From assembly GCF_004010195.1 (NCBI RefSeq), contig NC_057718.1:11861640-11925639 (forward strand): a stretch of 64,000 nucleotides of DNA. The letters run 5' to 3'. Shown here in pieces: positions 48,600 through 61,349 of the stretch. The notes beneath the pieces were generated by a model that did not search any database, was not told where the DNA came from, and saw only the letters and a list, made by a program, of their open reading frames with translations. The position numbers and the translations under genes are program-made. The DNA comes from Chiloscyllium plagiosum (taxonomy: Eukaryota). Every line of letters begins with the position of its first letter. Position 1 is the first letter of the stretch.

Positions 48600-49960
48600 C
48601 AGAGAAACCAATACAGAAATTGCTGGAAAAGCTCAACAGGTCTGGCAACATTAGTGGACAGATATCAGAGTTAACACTTTGGTTGAATGACCTTTCCTCA
48701 GATAAGTGATAATAAGATCTGAGGGTAGCAGAGAATGGTAGCACGTGCTGAAAGCAAACCATGTAATATGATAACAGGCCTGAGAATGGTAAAAATGGAT
48801 TGACTGTGCTAGAAGCAACCCGTGTCATAACAAAAGCAGATGTGAGGTAGATAAAAATGTGGAAGGATGAAATCAGGTTCTAAAGTTATTGAACTTGATA
48901 CTGAGTCTGAGAGGCCACATTGTCCCCAAGCGGAAAATGAAATGTTCTCCGAGCTTGTGCAGTTCACTGGAACAATGCAGCAGGCCTGTAACAGAAACGT
49001 TGGCATGGGAACAGAGTACTGTGTTGAAGTGGCAGGCTTCTGGAAGCTTGGGGTCATTGTTATGGATGTAGGTGTTCTGCAAAGCTCTCAACCAGTCTGT
49101 TTCATTTCCCCAATACAGTACAGACCACGCTGTCAGCAGTGAATACAGTAGACTAAATTGAATGAAGTACAGGTAAATCCACTGCTTCACCTGGAAGGTG
49201 TGTCTGGAGCTTCAGACAGGGAGAAGGGAGAAGGTAAACGGGCAAGTGTTAGACCTTCTGCAATTACATGGGAAAGTGCCATGATGTATGGGGAGTGTTG
49301 GGAATAAAGGAGGAGTGGGCCAGGGTGTCCGTGAATGATGTTGAGGCCAGAAAGTGAGGAGTCAGGGTTGACTCAAGTAAGGTAAGCGCAGGGTGGAAAT
49401 TTAAAGAGAAATTAATCAATTTTTAAAAATTTTCCCATTCAGAATGAGAGAGGGTGGTAGCACCGATGATGTCATTGATACAGCGGAGAAAAGGTTGTGA
49501 GGAGAGTAGAACTACACACCCCTCAAAGGGATAGGCATAACTTGGGCCCATGTAGGTACCCAGAGCCACACCTTTGACCTGAAGAAAATGAGTAAAGTTA
49601 AAGCAAAAGTTGTACAAAGCTTGGCCAGGAGGAGGAGGTAGTGATAAATGAGAATGTTTCAGGCCCTTTTTCCAGGAACAAGTGGAGAGTCCTGAGACCA
49701 ACCTGATGGGGTATGAACATGTCAAAGGATTGCACGCTATGGTGAGGAGGAGGCGGCTGCATCCCACAAACTGGAAATTTTGAAACCAACATAGAGTGTC
49801 AGAATAATTATGGATGTAAGTGGAGAGGGACTGGATAAGGGAGAAAAAAAAACAGCTGTGGTCAGAATAAATAAATTCCATAGGGCAGGAACAGGTAGAA
49901 ACAATGTGTCTGCCCGAGCAGTCACATTTGTGGATGTTTGGGAGAAGGTAGGAGCGGGTG
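48600..49960 (-). mobile_element. Decayed Neptune-like PLE (RT part, GIY-YIG end, pLTR)
   Basis: FLQVKGVALGTYMGPSYA, FLRCINDIIG and EHFIFRLGT..P..LSIKFNNF motifs. Confidence 0.85.
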
Positions 49961-50577
49961 GACGATGAGCAGGTAAGCTGTCACGATTAACTCTTGTTCT
50001 GTAGAAAGAAGCACCATGCAGGCATAGCTAAAGATGAGATGCAAACATGGTGAAGTTACAACACAGGTATAAATAGACGCTTAACAGCAAAAGCAACATG
50101 CCAGCAAAAACAAAAGCAAAAGCCAGAACCAGGAGATCACAGAATCAACAGATCAGGTCAAGCCTGCCACATTGAGTTGTGAATGATGGTGAACAATTAA
50201 ACAACCTGCTGAAGGAGGACGTTCAATAAATATCCCTGTATTTAATGTGTGGGTGTTGTATCTTTGGTGAAAAGCTATCAGATGCCTATGTTGTGAAGAA
50301 AGGTGAGTGAGCAGATGGTGTGTGAGATACTGACTGTTGTAGCTTCCTTTATGTTTTAAGTGTGAACCCTGGCAGACAATGAGAAGTTGTACCATTATGT
50401 GTAAGTAATGTTACACTGGTAGCTGCAATGAAGACCAACTGACATTGATTGCACATGAGGCATCTGGTGGAGATGCCTGATACCCAGTCTTGTGTGAGTC
50501 AGTCCTGTGTAGTAGAAACTTTACAATGTTAACTCTCACTCTGGGAGGCATGAAGATTGCGTAGCCAGTGGTAGAGA

Positions 50578-50809
50578 CCTTGGTAGAATGCAGCAAATCA
50601 TTCATCTTCTTACAGCACCTCAAGCAAGGTTCCCTTGATTCACCCACGTTGACAGCGACCTCTGTCAAGGCTGCCTTTGTCATTTGGGATCGCCCCTTAT
50701 TGCCATCCCAATAGAAAAGCAATCCCCTCCTCTCCTGAATAACCTTCAGGTGAACCTCCAGGGAGGTGTCACTGAACTGTGATGCGGCTTTCTGGCAGTT
50801 CTCTGACAT
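50578..50809 (-). pseudogene. Myb/SANT-like DNA-binding domain remnant of a PIF/Harbinger transposon
   Basis: ASQFSDTSLEVHLKVIQERRGLLF...TKAALTEVA..V...RCCKKMNDL resembles Harbinger Myb-like proteins. The conserved Trp is lost. Confidence 0.7.
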
Positions 50810-50987
50810 TGCCAGGGTGGCTGGAGTTAATTAGCAGAGACTAAGTTGAGGATGCTCCTGGGTTGCAGAGCCTTTTAAATATGGCATCTGGAAGTTGAAG
50901 CCAGGAAGGTCGTGGCGAGGAGCAGACATTTCTGCCTGCTTGCTTATAAAATGTTGTGTTTGGCCTGGGCGTGATATTTAATTAAAC

Positions 50988-51198
50988 GAAAACAGAAATT
51001 GCTGGGAAAGCTCAGCAGGTCTGGCAGCATCTGTGGAGAGAAATCAGAGTTGTTGAACTGGCAATTCTGAGGAAGGCTCACTGGACTTGAAACATTAACT
51101 CTGATTTCTCTCCACAGATGCTGCCAGACCTAATGAGCTTTTCCAGCAATTTCCGTTTTTGCTTCTGATTTCCTGCAATGTGCAGTCATTTTGGTTTT
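50988..51198. repeat. Palindromic PLE-pLTR-derived element
   Basis: ~63-bp inverted arms flanking CTGAGGAAGGCTCACTGGACTTGAAACATT (HHR remnant). Confidence 0.85.
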
Positions 51199-52415
51199 TA
51201 CATGACAGTTAATGAACTGAGAAAAATGTAATGGTGTCAGAAAACTTGACCCATCCTTGAGTAGAAATACCTCCTGCTTTTAGGACCACCTCAGTGCATA
51301 ACCTCAAAAACGCAAGATCTTTCCCAAAGTCTTAGTACTTCAATTTGTGTGCATTGGTCACTAGACCCAGGGTTAGTTATACTGAGCAGCTCTTACAATA
51401 TCTACTGAGGTATGTCAGCCGAACTAAATCTTCAACTTCATCTTGAGTTATGATGATATATAGGTATACAGTTCTGCTAAAGGTGTCATAATTCATAAAT
51501 TTCTACAAATGCTTGGCTGATAATCTTCTCCAAATTCAACAAATGCTGGAAATTAATCTGGATTTTTTTTTATTTAGCTTATCTTCAGTTTACAAGCCGT
51601 GTCTGGGTCTAAATGTACATAATGTTCAAGAGTCACCGTACACTAAAAGAAAAGCCAAATCAATGTCAAGAGAAGCTACATAATGTACTATTGGGAGAAC
51701 ATAGATTTGGCAGAATGATCAGCAAATCATAATCAGTAACAAAACAGAAATTGCGAGATAATCTTCGCAGGTCTGGCAGCACCTGTGGACAGAAATTAGA
51801 TTAACGTTTTGAGTTCAGTGATCCTTATTCAGAACTGATGGTAGCTTGGAAAAAGTTGATTTTTATGCATAAGGTACGCTGGTGGGAGGGGGTGAGGAGT
51901 TAATGATATATGGAAGTATAGCCCAAACAGACAAAGGAGTTGATAACCATCAGCCTAGGAGAATGAATAGTTGTTAATGGGGACTAATAGTAGCCAGCAA
52001 TGGGTAAAGTGTAACAGCAGACCATGTATAACAAGGCCTGGTGTGTGGGGGTTGGGGTAAGGACATGGAAGAAGGTGCCCCATGCCCTAAAATTGTTGAA
52101 CTCAATATTGAGTCCAGAAGGCTGTAAAGTTCCCAAATGGAAAATTAGATGTTGTTCTTCAAGCTCGCACAGAGCTTCGCTGGAGCACTGCAGCAAGCCT
52201 GAAGCCATGGAACAAGGTGGGGTGTTGAAGTGGCAGGCAACTGGAAGCTCCAGGTCATTTATGCAGACAGCATGCAGGTGTTCTATGAAGCGGTCACCCA
52301 GTCGATGCTATGTTTCCCCAATGTAGGGGAGACCACATTGTGAGCAGCGACTGTAGTAGACTAGATTAAGTGAAATGCAGGTAAAGTGCTACTTCACCTG
52401 AAGGGTGTGTTTGGG

Positions 52416-52884
52416 CTCCAGCATCGAGGCACTGACCACCCTTGATCAGTTACAATGGGCTGGCCACGTCGTCCATATGACCATCATGAGACTCCCCAAG
52501 CAGGCACTCTACTCCCAGCTTCAAAATGGCTGGCGAACTTCAGGTGGACAGAAGAAATGCTTCAGTGCTACACTCAAAGCCCCACTGGCGAAGTGCAGCA
52601 TTCCCACACCAGCCCAAGACCGTCCAAAGTGGAGGATGAGCATCCGGGAAGGCATTGAGTACATCAAGACTTGCCGTTGGGAAAAAGTGGAAGCCAGGCG
52701 GAAATAGCAAAAGGAATGCACTGCCACACCAATGCCCCAGCCACCCCTTCCCATGACCACCAACTGCTTCATGTGTAACAGAGCCTGTGGTAGCTGCATT
52801 GGTCTGATCAGCCACCACAGACTCTGAGAGTGGAGAAGAGTCATCCTCATTTGCAAGGAACCACAATGATGGTGATGATTATTA
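52416..52884 (+). mobile_element. RTE-clade LINE 3' end
   Basis: QLQWAGHVVHM..RLPKQALYSQL..G.R..GGQKK and AQDRPKWR motifs, a C-terminal CxxC..IGLISH zinc-finger remnant and an (ATG)n-like tail. Confidence 0.85.
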
Positions 52885-53124
52885 GGCCCTTGGATACTGA
52901 GGTGGGAGGAAGTAAACAGACAGGTATTACACCATCTGCAGTTGCAGGGCAAGGTGTTTTTGTTACTAGTTATTATTTGCTGGGCATCCCAGAGGGAACA
53001 GTCCTTGTGGAAGGCTGACAAGGTAGGGAAGGCGACTGTGTGGCTGGTGGTAGCATCCCACTAGAGGCAGCAGAAATGCTATTAACGATCATCTAGATGT
53101 GGATGCTGGAGAGGACAAAGGAGA

Positions 53125-53247
53125 GGAGAAAGTGAGGTCTGCAGACGCTGGAGATCAAAGCTGAAACTTTATTGCTGGAACAGCACAGCAGGTCAGGCAG
53201 CATCTAGGGAACAGAAGATTCGACGTTTCGGGCACATGCCCTTCTTC
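53125..53247 (-). mobile_element. Short PLE-pLTR-derived insertion with an intact HHR core
   Basis: 13-bp direct repeat AGGACAAAGGAGA (53112-53124 and 53248-53260). Minus strand reads CTGAAGA-A-GGGC-ATGT-GCCC-GAAA-CG-TC at 53222-53249. Confidence 0.9.
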
Positions 53248-54028
53248 AGGACAAAGGAGACCCAATTGTTGATGTTGAAGGGAATACAGAGGGTGAGGCC
53301 TGAAGTGCGAGAGATGGTTTAGATCTGGCTGAGGACCCTGTCAACTATGGTGCTGGGGAATCCTTGGTTGAGGAAGAAGGTGGACATTTCGATGTCAAAG
53401 TTGGCATCTTTGGAACAGGTGAGGTGGAGATGGAAGAGCTGGGAGTATAGAATACAGCCTGTACAAGAAGTAGGGTGTGAGAATGTACAGTTATGATAAC
53501 TATGAGAGTCAGTTGGTTTATAGTTCATATTGATGGTCAGCCTATCTCCAGAAATTAAAACAAAGGTGTTGAGGAAGGGATGGAAGGAGTCATAGATGGA
53601 TCAGGTGATGGTGAGATTTGGGTGGAAATTGAAAGTGAAATTGATAAACCTTTTCCAATTCCAGACCAGAGAGAGAAGCAGCACCAATAACATTATCGAT
53701 ATACCAGAGAAAGAGTTGTGGGTGGGAGCTGGAATAGGACTAGAACAAGGAATGTTCCACGTACCCCACAAAGAGACAGGCATAACTGGGGCCACAGTTC
53801 AGGCCCTTTTCCAGGAAGAAGCGGAGAGCCCTGAGACTGTCCTGACAAGGAATGGATGTGTAAACGGATTTCACTTCCAAGGTAAAGAGGAGGCTGCTGG
53901 ATCCTGCAAATTGGAAATTCTGAAACTGAAATAAAGCGTCAGAGGAATGACAGATATATAAATAATAATCAGTTTTTTGTACAATCAATTTTGAAAGAAA
54001 TCTTGAATTTACATAGGTCCTTTCACAT

Positions 54029-54520
54029 GTCATAGAGTCATAGAGATGTACAGCACGCAAACAGACCTTTTAGTCTAACCCGTCCATGCCGACCAGATAT
54101 CCCAACCCAATCTAGTCCCACCTGCCAGCATCCGGCCCATATCCCTCCAAACCCTTCCTATTCATATACCCATCCAAATGTTTTTTAAATGTTGCAATTG
54201 TACCAGCCTCCACCATTTCCTCTGGCAGCTCATTCCATACACGTACCACCTTCTGCGTGAAAATGTTGCCCCACAGGGGTCTCTTTTATATCTTTCCCCT
54301 CTCACCCTAAACCTATGCCCTCTAGCTCTGGACTCCCCGACCCCAGGGAAAAGAATTTGCCTATTTACCCTATCCATACCCCTCATAGTTTTGTAAACCT
54401 CGATAAGATCACCCCTCAGCCTCCGACGCTCAAGGGAAAACAGCCCCAGCCTGATAAGCCTCACCCTATAGCTCAAATCCACCAACCCTGGTAGCATCCT
54501 TGTAAATCTTTTCTAAACCC
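54029..54520 (-). mobile_element. Young CR1 3' end (same subfamily as 36606-37449)
   Basis: MLPGLVDLSYR..RLGLFSLERRRLRGDL motif and (CTATGACT) tail. Confidence 0.95.
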
Positions 54521-54888
54521 ACATCGCAAAGTGCTTTTCAGACAATAAAGCACTTCTGAAGTTTATTCAGTGTTGTAAAGTTGAAAACTTGGCAGGAGCC
54601 AACATCAGCACAGTAAAATCCCAGCAGTGTGATGATGACCAGATAATTAGGTTTGTGATGTCGATTGAGTAATTGGCTTGGTCACTATGGATAACTCCTC
54701 TGTCTTTCCCCAAAATTGCTTCATGGGATCTTTTGCATCCATCTTAGAAGCAGGTAAGACTTAGTTTTTTACTCCACACTTGTTCTCTCACTGCTGAAAT
54801 GGAGCTAAGATTTGGTACTCAAGTTATGTGTATGATAAGAATTCACAACCCTCTGACTCAAAAGTAATGGTTCTACCAAATGAACTAT
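54521..54888 (-). mobile_element. DeuSINE (SacSINE1-like) copy, tail split off by the CR1 at 54029
   Basis: catgggatcttttgcatcca core and tRNA-like head at 54840-54888. Tail remnant atttacataggtcctttcaca at ~54007-54027. Confidence 0.65.
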
Positions 54889-55799
54889 TGCTGACACCTT
54901 CAGATACGATAATATACAATACAACACATGATTTCATCAAGCTTATTTTTGTTAGTGATTTTTGAGAAGCATTAATTACCTTGAAACGCACTACGCTTAC
55001 AGTAAAGCACCGAACTTTTAGTATGGTGATGGGGACACATGTTAATGAAGAAGTTGAATTAACAACCGTATTTTCTTGCAAAACAATCATCCAAATATTC
55101 GTGAGGCAAATATTGTACGCCCAAATCTTGTTGAAACCTTAAACATTTTAGAGTAAATGTTGTGAAATCCCAATTTTTTGCTTGTCTTCACCTTTTAAGG
55201 CAAAATGATCTACAGTCTCAGTTAAATATCAACATATTGTGTAAACCTTTGGAGTACAAAGTTTTCTGAGTATGATGAAGCTGTGCTCATAAATATGAGG
55301 CCCCACATCAAAGTGATTAGAATTGGGGGTCCAGGAACTTGTCACTTGAAGCTGGAATTTTGAGTTGGGTGGGTGGTGGATGTGTCTCATGTTTGTGAAA
55401 AGCTTTTTTTGTAGTTTGCTTTGGAATATCATGCTTTTTTGCTTTGCTACGCTCTGTGCAGTATCTGATTTGCTGGCTATCAGCTCAGCAGGCAGCTAGG
55501 ACCTCTGCTGCCTCATCCTCAAATGGAGCTGAATTTTTGATTCCAGGAAAACTCTGGAATTTAACCAGCATTTTCTAATTGAGGCAACACAAGGCTGTTG
55601 CTGCCTGGAGACTAGGTGGGCAAGACCTCCGTCACCTCCCTTAAATACCAACTCTTGTTTGATGCAGACGATGGATGCATTTCCTTCATAAAACAGAGGA
55701 ACTCCTGATCATTTGCTTCAAAACCTTTCTAATCATAGAAAAAAAACCTCACAATCACAGAACCCCTACAGTGGAATCCCCCAAACTGGCCAAAGATTC

Positions 55800-57855
55800 T
55801 TGAAGGGTTGACGGTGGCCAGGCAATGGCAGATATTGAAAAAACATATGGAAGAACTTCAACAATTATACATCCTTGTCTCGAGTAAGAGCAAAACAGGG
55901 AAGGTGGCTCAACCATGGCTAATAAAGGAAATCAGGGACAGTGTTAAAGCCAAACAGGAGGCAGGTAATTTGGCGAGAGCAGCAAACCCGAGAACTGGGA
56001 GAAATTTAAAATTCAGCAGAGGAGGACAAAGTTCGGAAAAAAAAAAGAATATGAAAGTAAACTTACGAGAAACATAAAAAATGACTCCAAAAGCTTCTAT
56101 AGATATGTGAAGAGAAAAAGACTAGAGAAGACAAATGTACATCCCTTGCAGTTAGAATCAGATGAATTCATAATGGACAACAAAAAGATGGCAGACCAAT
56201 TGGTCAAATACATTGGATCTGTCTTCACTAAGGAGGACCCCAATAACCTTCAGGAAATGCTCAGGGACTGAGGGTCAAGCATGAAGGAGGAACTGAAGGA
56301 AATCCTTTTTAGTCAGGAAATGGCATTCGGAAAATTAATGGGATTAAAACCTGATAAGTAACCAGGGCCTGTATGCCAGAGTTCTCAAGGAAGTGGCCCG
56401 AGAAATAACAGATGCATTGATGATCATTTTCCAGCATTCTGAAGACTCTGGAGTGTAGTTAGTGTAACCCCACTCCTTAAAAAGGCAGGGTGAGAGAAAA
56501 TGGTGAATTATAGGCTTGCTAGCCTGACATCGGTAGTGGGGAAAATGCTGGAGTAAAACATTAAAGCTGTAATAACTGAGCATTTGGAAAGCAAAGACAG
56601 AATTGGTCCAAATCAGCATGGATTCACCAAAGGGAAGTCAAGCTTGACAAATCTTCTGGAGCTTTTTGAGGATGTGACCAGTAGAGTAGACAATAGTATA
56701 TCAGTAGATTTTATGTATCAGGACTTTCAAACGGCTTTTGGCAAGGTTCCATACAAGAGATGAGTAAGCAAAATTAAAGCTCATGGTATTGGAGGTAACG
56801 TACTGATATGAATAGAGAGCTGGTAGGCAGACAGGAAGCAGGGATTTGGAATAAATGGGTCCTTTTTAGAGTGGCAGTGATGTGTGTGATGCCACAAGAC
56901 TCCGTGCTCGGCCCTGCAGCTGTTCAGAATGTACATTAATGATTTGGACAAAGGAATCAAATGCTATAACTCCAAATTTGCAGATGACACTATACTGGGT
57001 GGCAGTGTGTGCTGTGAGGAGGATGCTAAAAGGCTGCAGGGTGACTTGGACAGACTGGCTGAGTGGGCAAATACTTGGCAATGCAATATAATGTAGATAA
57101 ATGTGAGGTTATCCATTTTGGCCACAAAAACAGAAAGAAAGCTTATTATCTGAATGGTGGCAGTTGAGGAAAAGGTGAGGTGGTGGAACAGTCGCTGAAA
57201 GCTGGCATGCAGATGGAACAGGCAGTGAGAAAAGCTAACGGCATGCTCTCCTTCCTAGCGAGATGATTTGAGTATCAGAGTAAGGATGTCTTGTTGCAGT
57301 TATACAGGGCCTTGGTGAGGGAACGCCTTGAGTATTGTGTGCGGTTTTGGTCTCCTAGTCTGAGGGAGGATATTCTTGCCATTGAGGCAGTCTAGTGAAG
57401 GTTCACCAGAGACTGATTCCCGGGATGAGGAAAGATTGGACTGACTGAGCTTGTATTCACTGGAATTTAGAAGAATGAGGGGCGATCTCACAGAAACATA
57501 TAAAATCCTGATAGAACTAGACAGGCTAGATGTGGGAAGATTAATCCCAATGTTGGGGAAGTCAAGAACACAGGGCCACAATCTAAGAATTAAGGATCGG
57601 CCATTCAGTACTGAGATGAAGAATTTCTTACTCAGCGAGTTTTGAACCTGTGGAATTCCCTGCCACAGGAAGCTGATGAGGTCAGTTTATCAGATATATT
57701 TGAGAGGGAATTGAACGTGGTCCTTGTGGCTAAAGAGATGAAGGGGTATGGAGAGAAGGCGGGAACAGGATATGGCATGATCAGCCATGATCATATTGAA
57801 TGCTGGTTCATGCTTGAAGGGCCAAATGGCCTACCCCTGCACCTATTTTCTATAC
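55800..57855 (+). mobile_element. Decayed CR1 LINE (ORF2 middle to 3' UTR)
   Basis: SQHGFTKGKS, KFADDT and LYSLEFRRMRGDL motifs, plus 3' UTR. Confidence 0.93.
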
Positions 57856-57864
57856 ATCTCGATG

Positions 57865-58185
57865 TGGAAGCTGGCAATTTAGCCCAATGAGTCCATGCCA
57901 ACCCTCCAAAGAACATCCCACTCAGACCCTCCCCATCCTTGTAGCACTGCATTTAACTATGGCTAACCCACCTAGCTTGAACATCCCTGGATGATAGGGG
58001 GCAATTTAATATGGCCAATCTACCTAACCTGTGCATCGTTGTACTGTGGGAAGAAACTGGAGCACCCAGAGGAACTCACTCAGACACAGGATGAATGTGC
58101 AAACTTGACACAAGGGTGGAATTGAACCCGGGTCCGTGGTGCTGTGAGGAAGCAGTGCTAACCACTGAGTTACCGAGCCGCCCCA
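57865..58185 (-). mobile_element. Older HE1-like V-SINE
   Basis: gggcaatttaatatggccaat, V-core remnant and tRNA-like head. Confidence 0.85.
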
Positions 58186-58559
58186 TAAAACTTATCATAA
58201 AACTAAATCCAGACATTTACTGCTGACTAGAAAGAACCATTCAGCAACATTCGTAATGACTGATATCTGGAAGTGAGATCTGCTTCTGCCTACAAGATAG
58301 AAAAAAACATTGGTTTCATTCAGCTATGGGATAAAATTAGGGTTTCAGTCCTGGGCATTGAATTACAATATATACCATCGTAAATCTAAAATTAAACAGA
58401 TGTTTCAATTTAACTATTAAATTGTTGGAATACTGCAACATAAAATGCTTTTTTTTTCAACTAAGTCTATGCATATTATTTCTGCCTTCAGAAAGATGGT
58501 TTATATAATGCCACAAATCAATATTGTCAAAAGTGGCTTTACTCTTTGCTGACAACTAG

Positions 58560-58762
58560 AAATGTTGGAGATGACTGTGGTTCAGGCAGCATCCATGCAG
58601 AGAAAGCAGGCTAATGTTTTGAGTCAAGATGACTCTTCATCAATCATCTAGACTTGAAACGTTAGCTTGCTCTCTCACCATGGATGCTGCCTAACCTGCC
58701 GTGATCTCCAGCATTTTTTGATTTCAGTACAGATTCCAGCATCTTCAGTAATTTGCTCCTAC
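58560..58762. repeat. Palindromic PLE-pLTR-derived element (further family)
   Basis: Arms aggcagcatccatg...gctaatgttttgagtc / gacttgaaacgttagc...catggatgctgcct, with HHR remnants. Confidence 0.75.
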
Positions 58763-58859
58763 TTTGGCCTCACTCTATCTGCAGTTTCCTGACATTTACT
58801 GGGATCTTAATGTCTGCAAAATAGGGTGATCACATCTACATACAAATCAACAATCAAGT

Positions 58860-59035
58860 TGGGTTAAAAGCCTGCAATTTCCTCCCTCTCAGGATTGTGG
58901 GTCTACCTACAGCACATGGACTACAACGATTAGAGAGGGCAGCTCAGCACCACATTCTCAAGGATAATTATGATGGACAATAAATGCTGCCCAGTCAGCC
59001 ACACACATATCCCATGACTGAATCACTTTTTTAAA
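58860..59035 (+). mobile_element. Old CR1/L2-group LINE 3' end
   Basis: Homology to 1420-1580. Confidence 0.65.
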
Positions 59036-59309
59036 AAAATACCACATTTTATAGCAGGAAATGTTTTGAGATGTCTTCTAGGACTTACACAATGCTACTC
59101 AAACATAAGCTTTTTCTTGTAAACTCAGACATGTGTTCCTTCCCACTATGTAATGAATAAATGGCATTTGTAGCAACAGTTAGAACATTGATATTGGTGA
59201 TCAAGAATAGACATTGAAACAAACAAATCTTCACTGGATACTGACTATACTTAGTCAGGATTCAGAGGGATTCCAATGTTCACAATCTACTTTGTGCATA
59301 ACAACATGA

Positions 59310-59560
59310 GCAACTGGGATTCAGATAGCAGTTACATTTCTTCAAAACACTCCATGGCATTTCACAGGAGAGTCTTCAAACAGAATACGACACCAAGCCA
59401 AATAAGATGATAGAAGGTCAGGCAAATAAAAGTATGATCTAAGAGATAGCTTTTAAGGAGAATCTTGAAAGCCAGGAGAGACAGAGAATTTTATAGAGGA
59501 AATTCCAAAATCTAGGGCCTGGGCAGCAGAAGGTGTGGCCACCAATGGAGAAGCACCTGA
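59310..59560 (-). mobile_element. Old L2-like LINE 3' remnant
   Basis: ggaaattccaaaatctagggcct...ggccaccaatgg pattern, typical of L2 3' ends. Confidence 0.45.
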
Positions 59561-59610
59561 GACTGGGAATTGCACAAAATGTTCCCATGTGAATTTTAAG
59601 CACCTATATC

Positions 59611-59920
59611 TTAGATTAGATTCCCTACAGTGTGGAAACAGGCACTTCAGCCCAACAAGTCCACACCGACCCTCTAAAGAGTAACCCATCCAGACACAAG
59701 TCCCTCTGACTAATGCACCTAACACTATGGGCAATTTAGCATGGCCAATTTACCTGACCTGCACATCTTTGGACTGTGGGAGGAAACCAGAGTACCTGGA
59801 GGAAACCCACGCAGAAACGGAAAGAATGTGCAAACTCCACACAGACAGTTGCCCAAGGCTGGAATTGAACCTGGGACCCTAGTGCTATGAGGCAGCAATG
59901 CTAACCACCGTGCCGCCCGA
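59611..59920 (-). mobile_element. HE1-type V-SINE
   Basis: Family homology; begins GGGCGGCACGG on the minus strand. Confidence 0.93.
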
Positions 59921-61349
59921 AAAAAATTAAAGATCTTCATCTTTAAATTTCCAAACTGAAGTGTGAACACTTGTAAAACATCTCGGAACTTGACGATTCA
60001 TCAGAAATGCTGCTAACTGTTGTTAAAATACCTACATTTAACCCATTTCCATTTTTCAAAACATAAATAGAAATAGTAAATGACATTTCTTCTGGATCAG
60101 TGTTGATTGGTCCTACAATTAAAACTTTTGCATCTAAAATGCAGAAGTCAAAAAAGGTGTATATAATACATCATGTGTCACAACTGATGCAAATAACCAT
60201 TAACTATTGCTGTAGAGATAGGGACAGCTATCACCATCCAACAGAAAGAAAATCAGCTTGTCAAATTTCACTTTTTTAAAGCCATCATTCATGACCAAAA
60301 CAACACACAATGGTCTTCTTTGAACCACTGTGCTGACTGCATGGGCTAAAACAAACAAAGTTGACATCTTAATAAACACACTATAATTCATAACAAAGTC
60401 TGGAATCTGAATTGGAAAGTTGCCTACATCTTACTGGAAATCCATCTAATAGAGGCCTGAATGTTGGCCACTTGGAGCTTGCTTATAGCATTACTTTCCA
60501 TTGTGACCTGACAACATCTGTTTAACATTTCAGGCCTTTGTGCAAGTGTTGCCCTTCAACTGGACAAGGGAAGTGGTAAAATAGAACAATGAACAATTCT
60601 AGTTTGTCATTACAAACTGATATGTATCGACTACAAACATCAAATTATGAGTGGATTCAAAGTAATAATATTGTACAATACATTACTGGATCAAATTCTT
60701 TCATTTCCAAACAAAGCAAATAATCAGTTGGTCAGACAACATTGGTGAACAGAAAAACAAGGTTTGAGCTTTTGTTGATGACCTTTCTTCAGAGCTAGGA
60801 GAACACTGGTGAAAGGTCACTGGCCTGAAATGTTAGCAAGAATTTTCCCAGCCCTGTGGACATTGGTTTAGGGCAAGTGTGTGGTAAATTTTGCGAAAAA
60901 AAGTGACACTGAGATAAGATACCGTATGATCAAGCTTGTTTTTAATTCACTTCAGGGCAGTGTTGAACGTGAGTAGGGAACCTCCTTGGATCTGTCTCAT
61001 AATTAAATAGTTGAGGTTAAGCAGCCAATGAGAGATTTATCAGCCAATGCACCTGTTTCATGCTCTGTTGACAACTCATTAAGGTCACTGAAGTATATAC
61101 ACAATAAGAAGAGCTTTTTTTGGTGCGCCATGACCAGAGATCTTGGCCCACCCTGGATCACCAATGGGCTTACTAAATCTTAACCGCAATGTATTTTTTC
61201 AGAAAGAAGAATATATATCCAAAGGTCAACTGCAGTTGTAAATCCAGCTGCCTGGACGGGAAGAGGCAAAAAAAAGACTCTAATGTCATGCATGACAATG
61301 TGTCAAAGAAGCTTCACAGGATGAAAATGCACTACAAACGAACTTCTCA

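Larger units (their letters stand above)
51738..53955 (-). mobile_element. Decayed Neptune-like PLE with two nested insertions
   Basis: VKSVYTSIP, GPSYACLFVGYVE, YKPTDSHSY, VYYSRCSQCGLPYIGET (GIY-YIG) and LGTLQPSGLNIEF motifs. HHR remnant at ~51800-51835. Confidence 0.9.
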
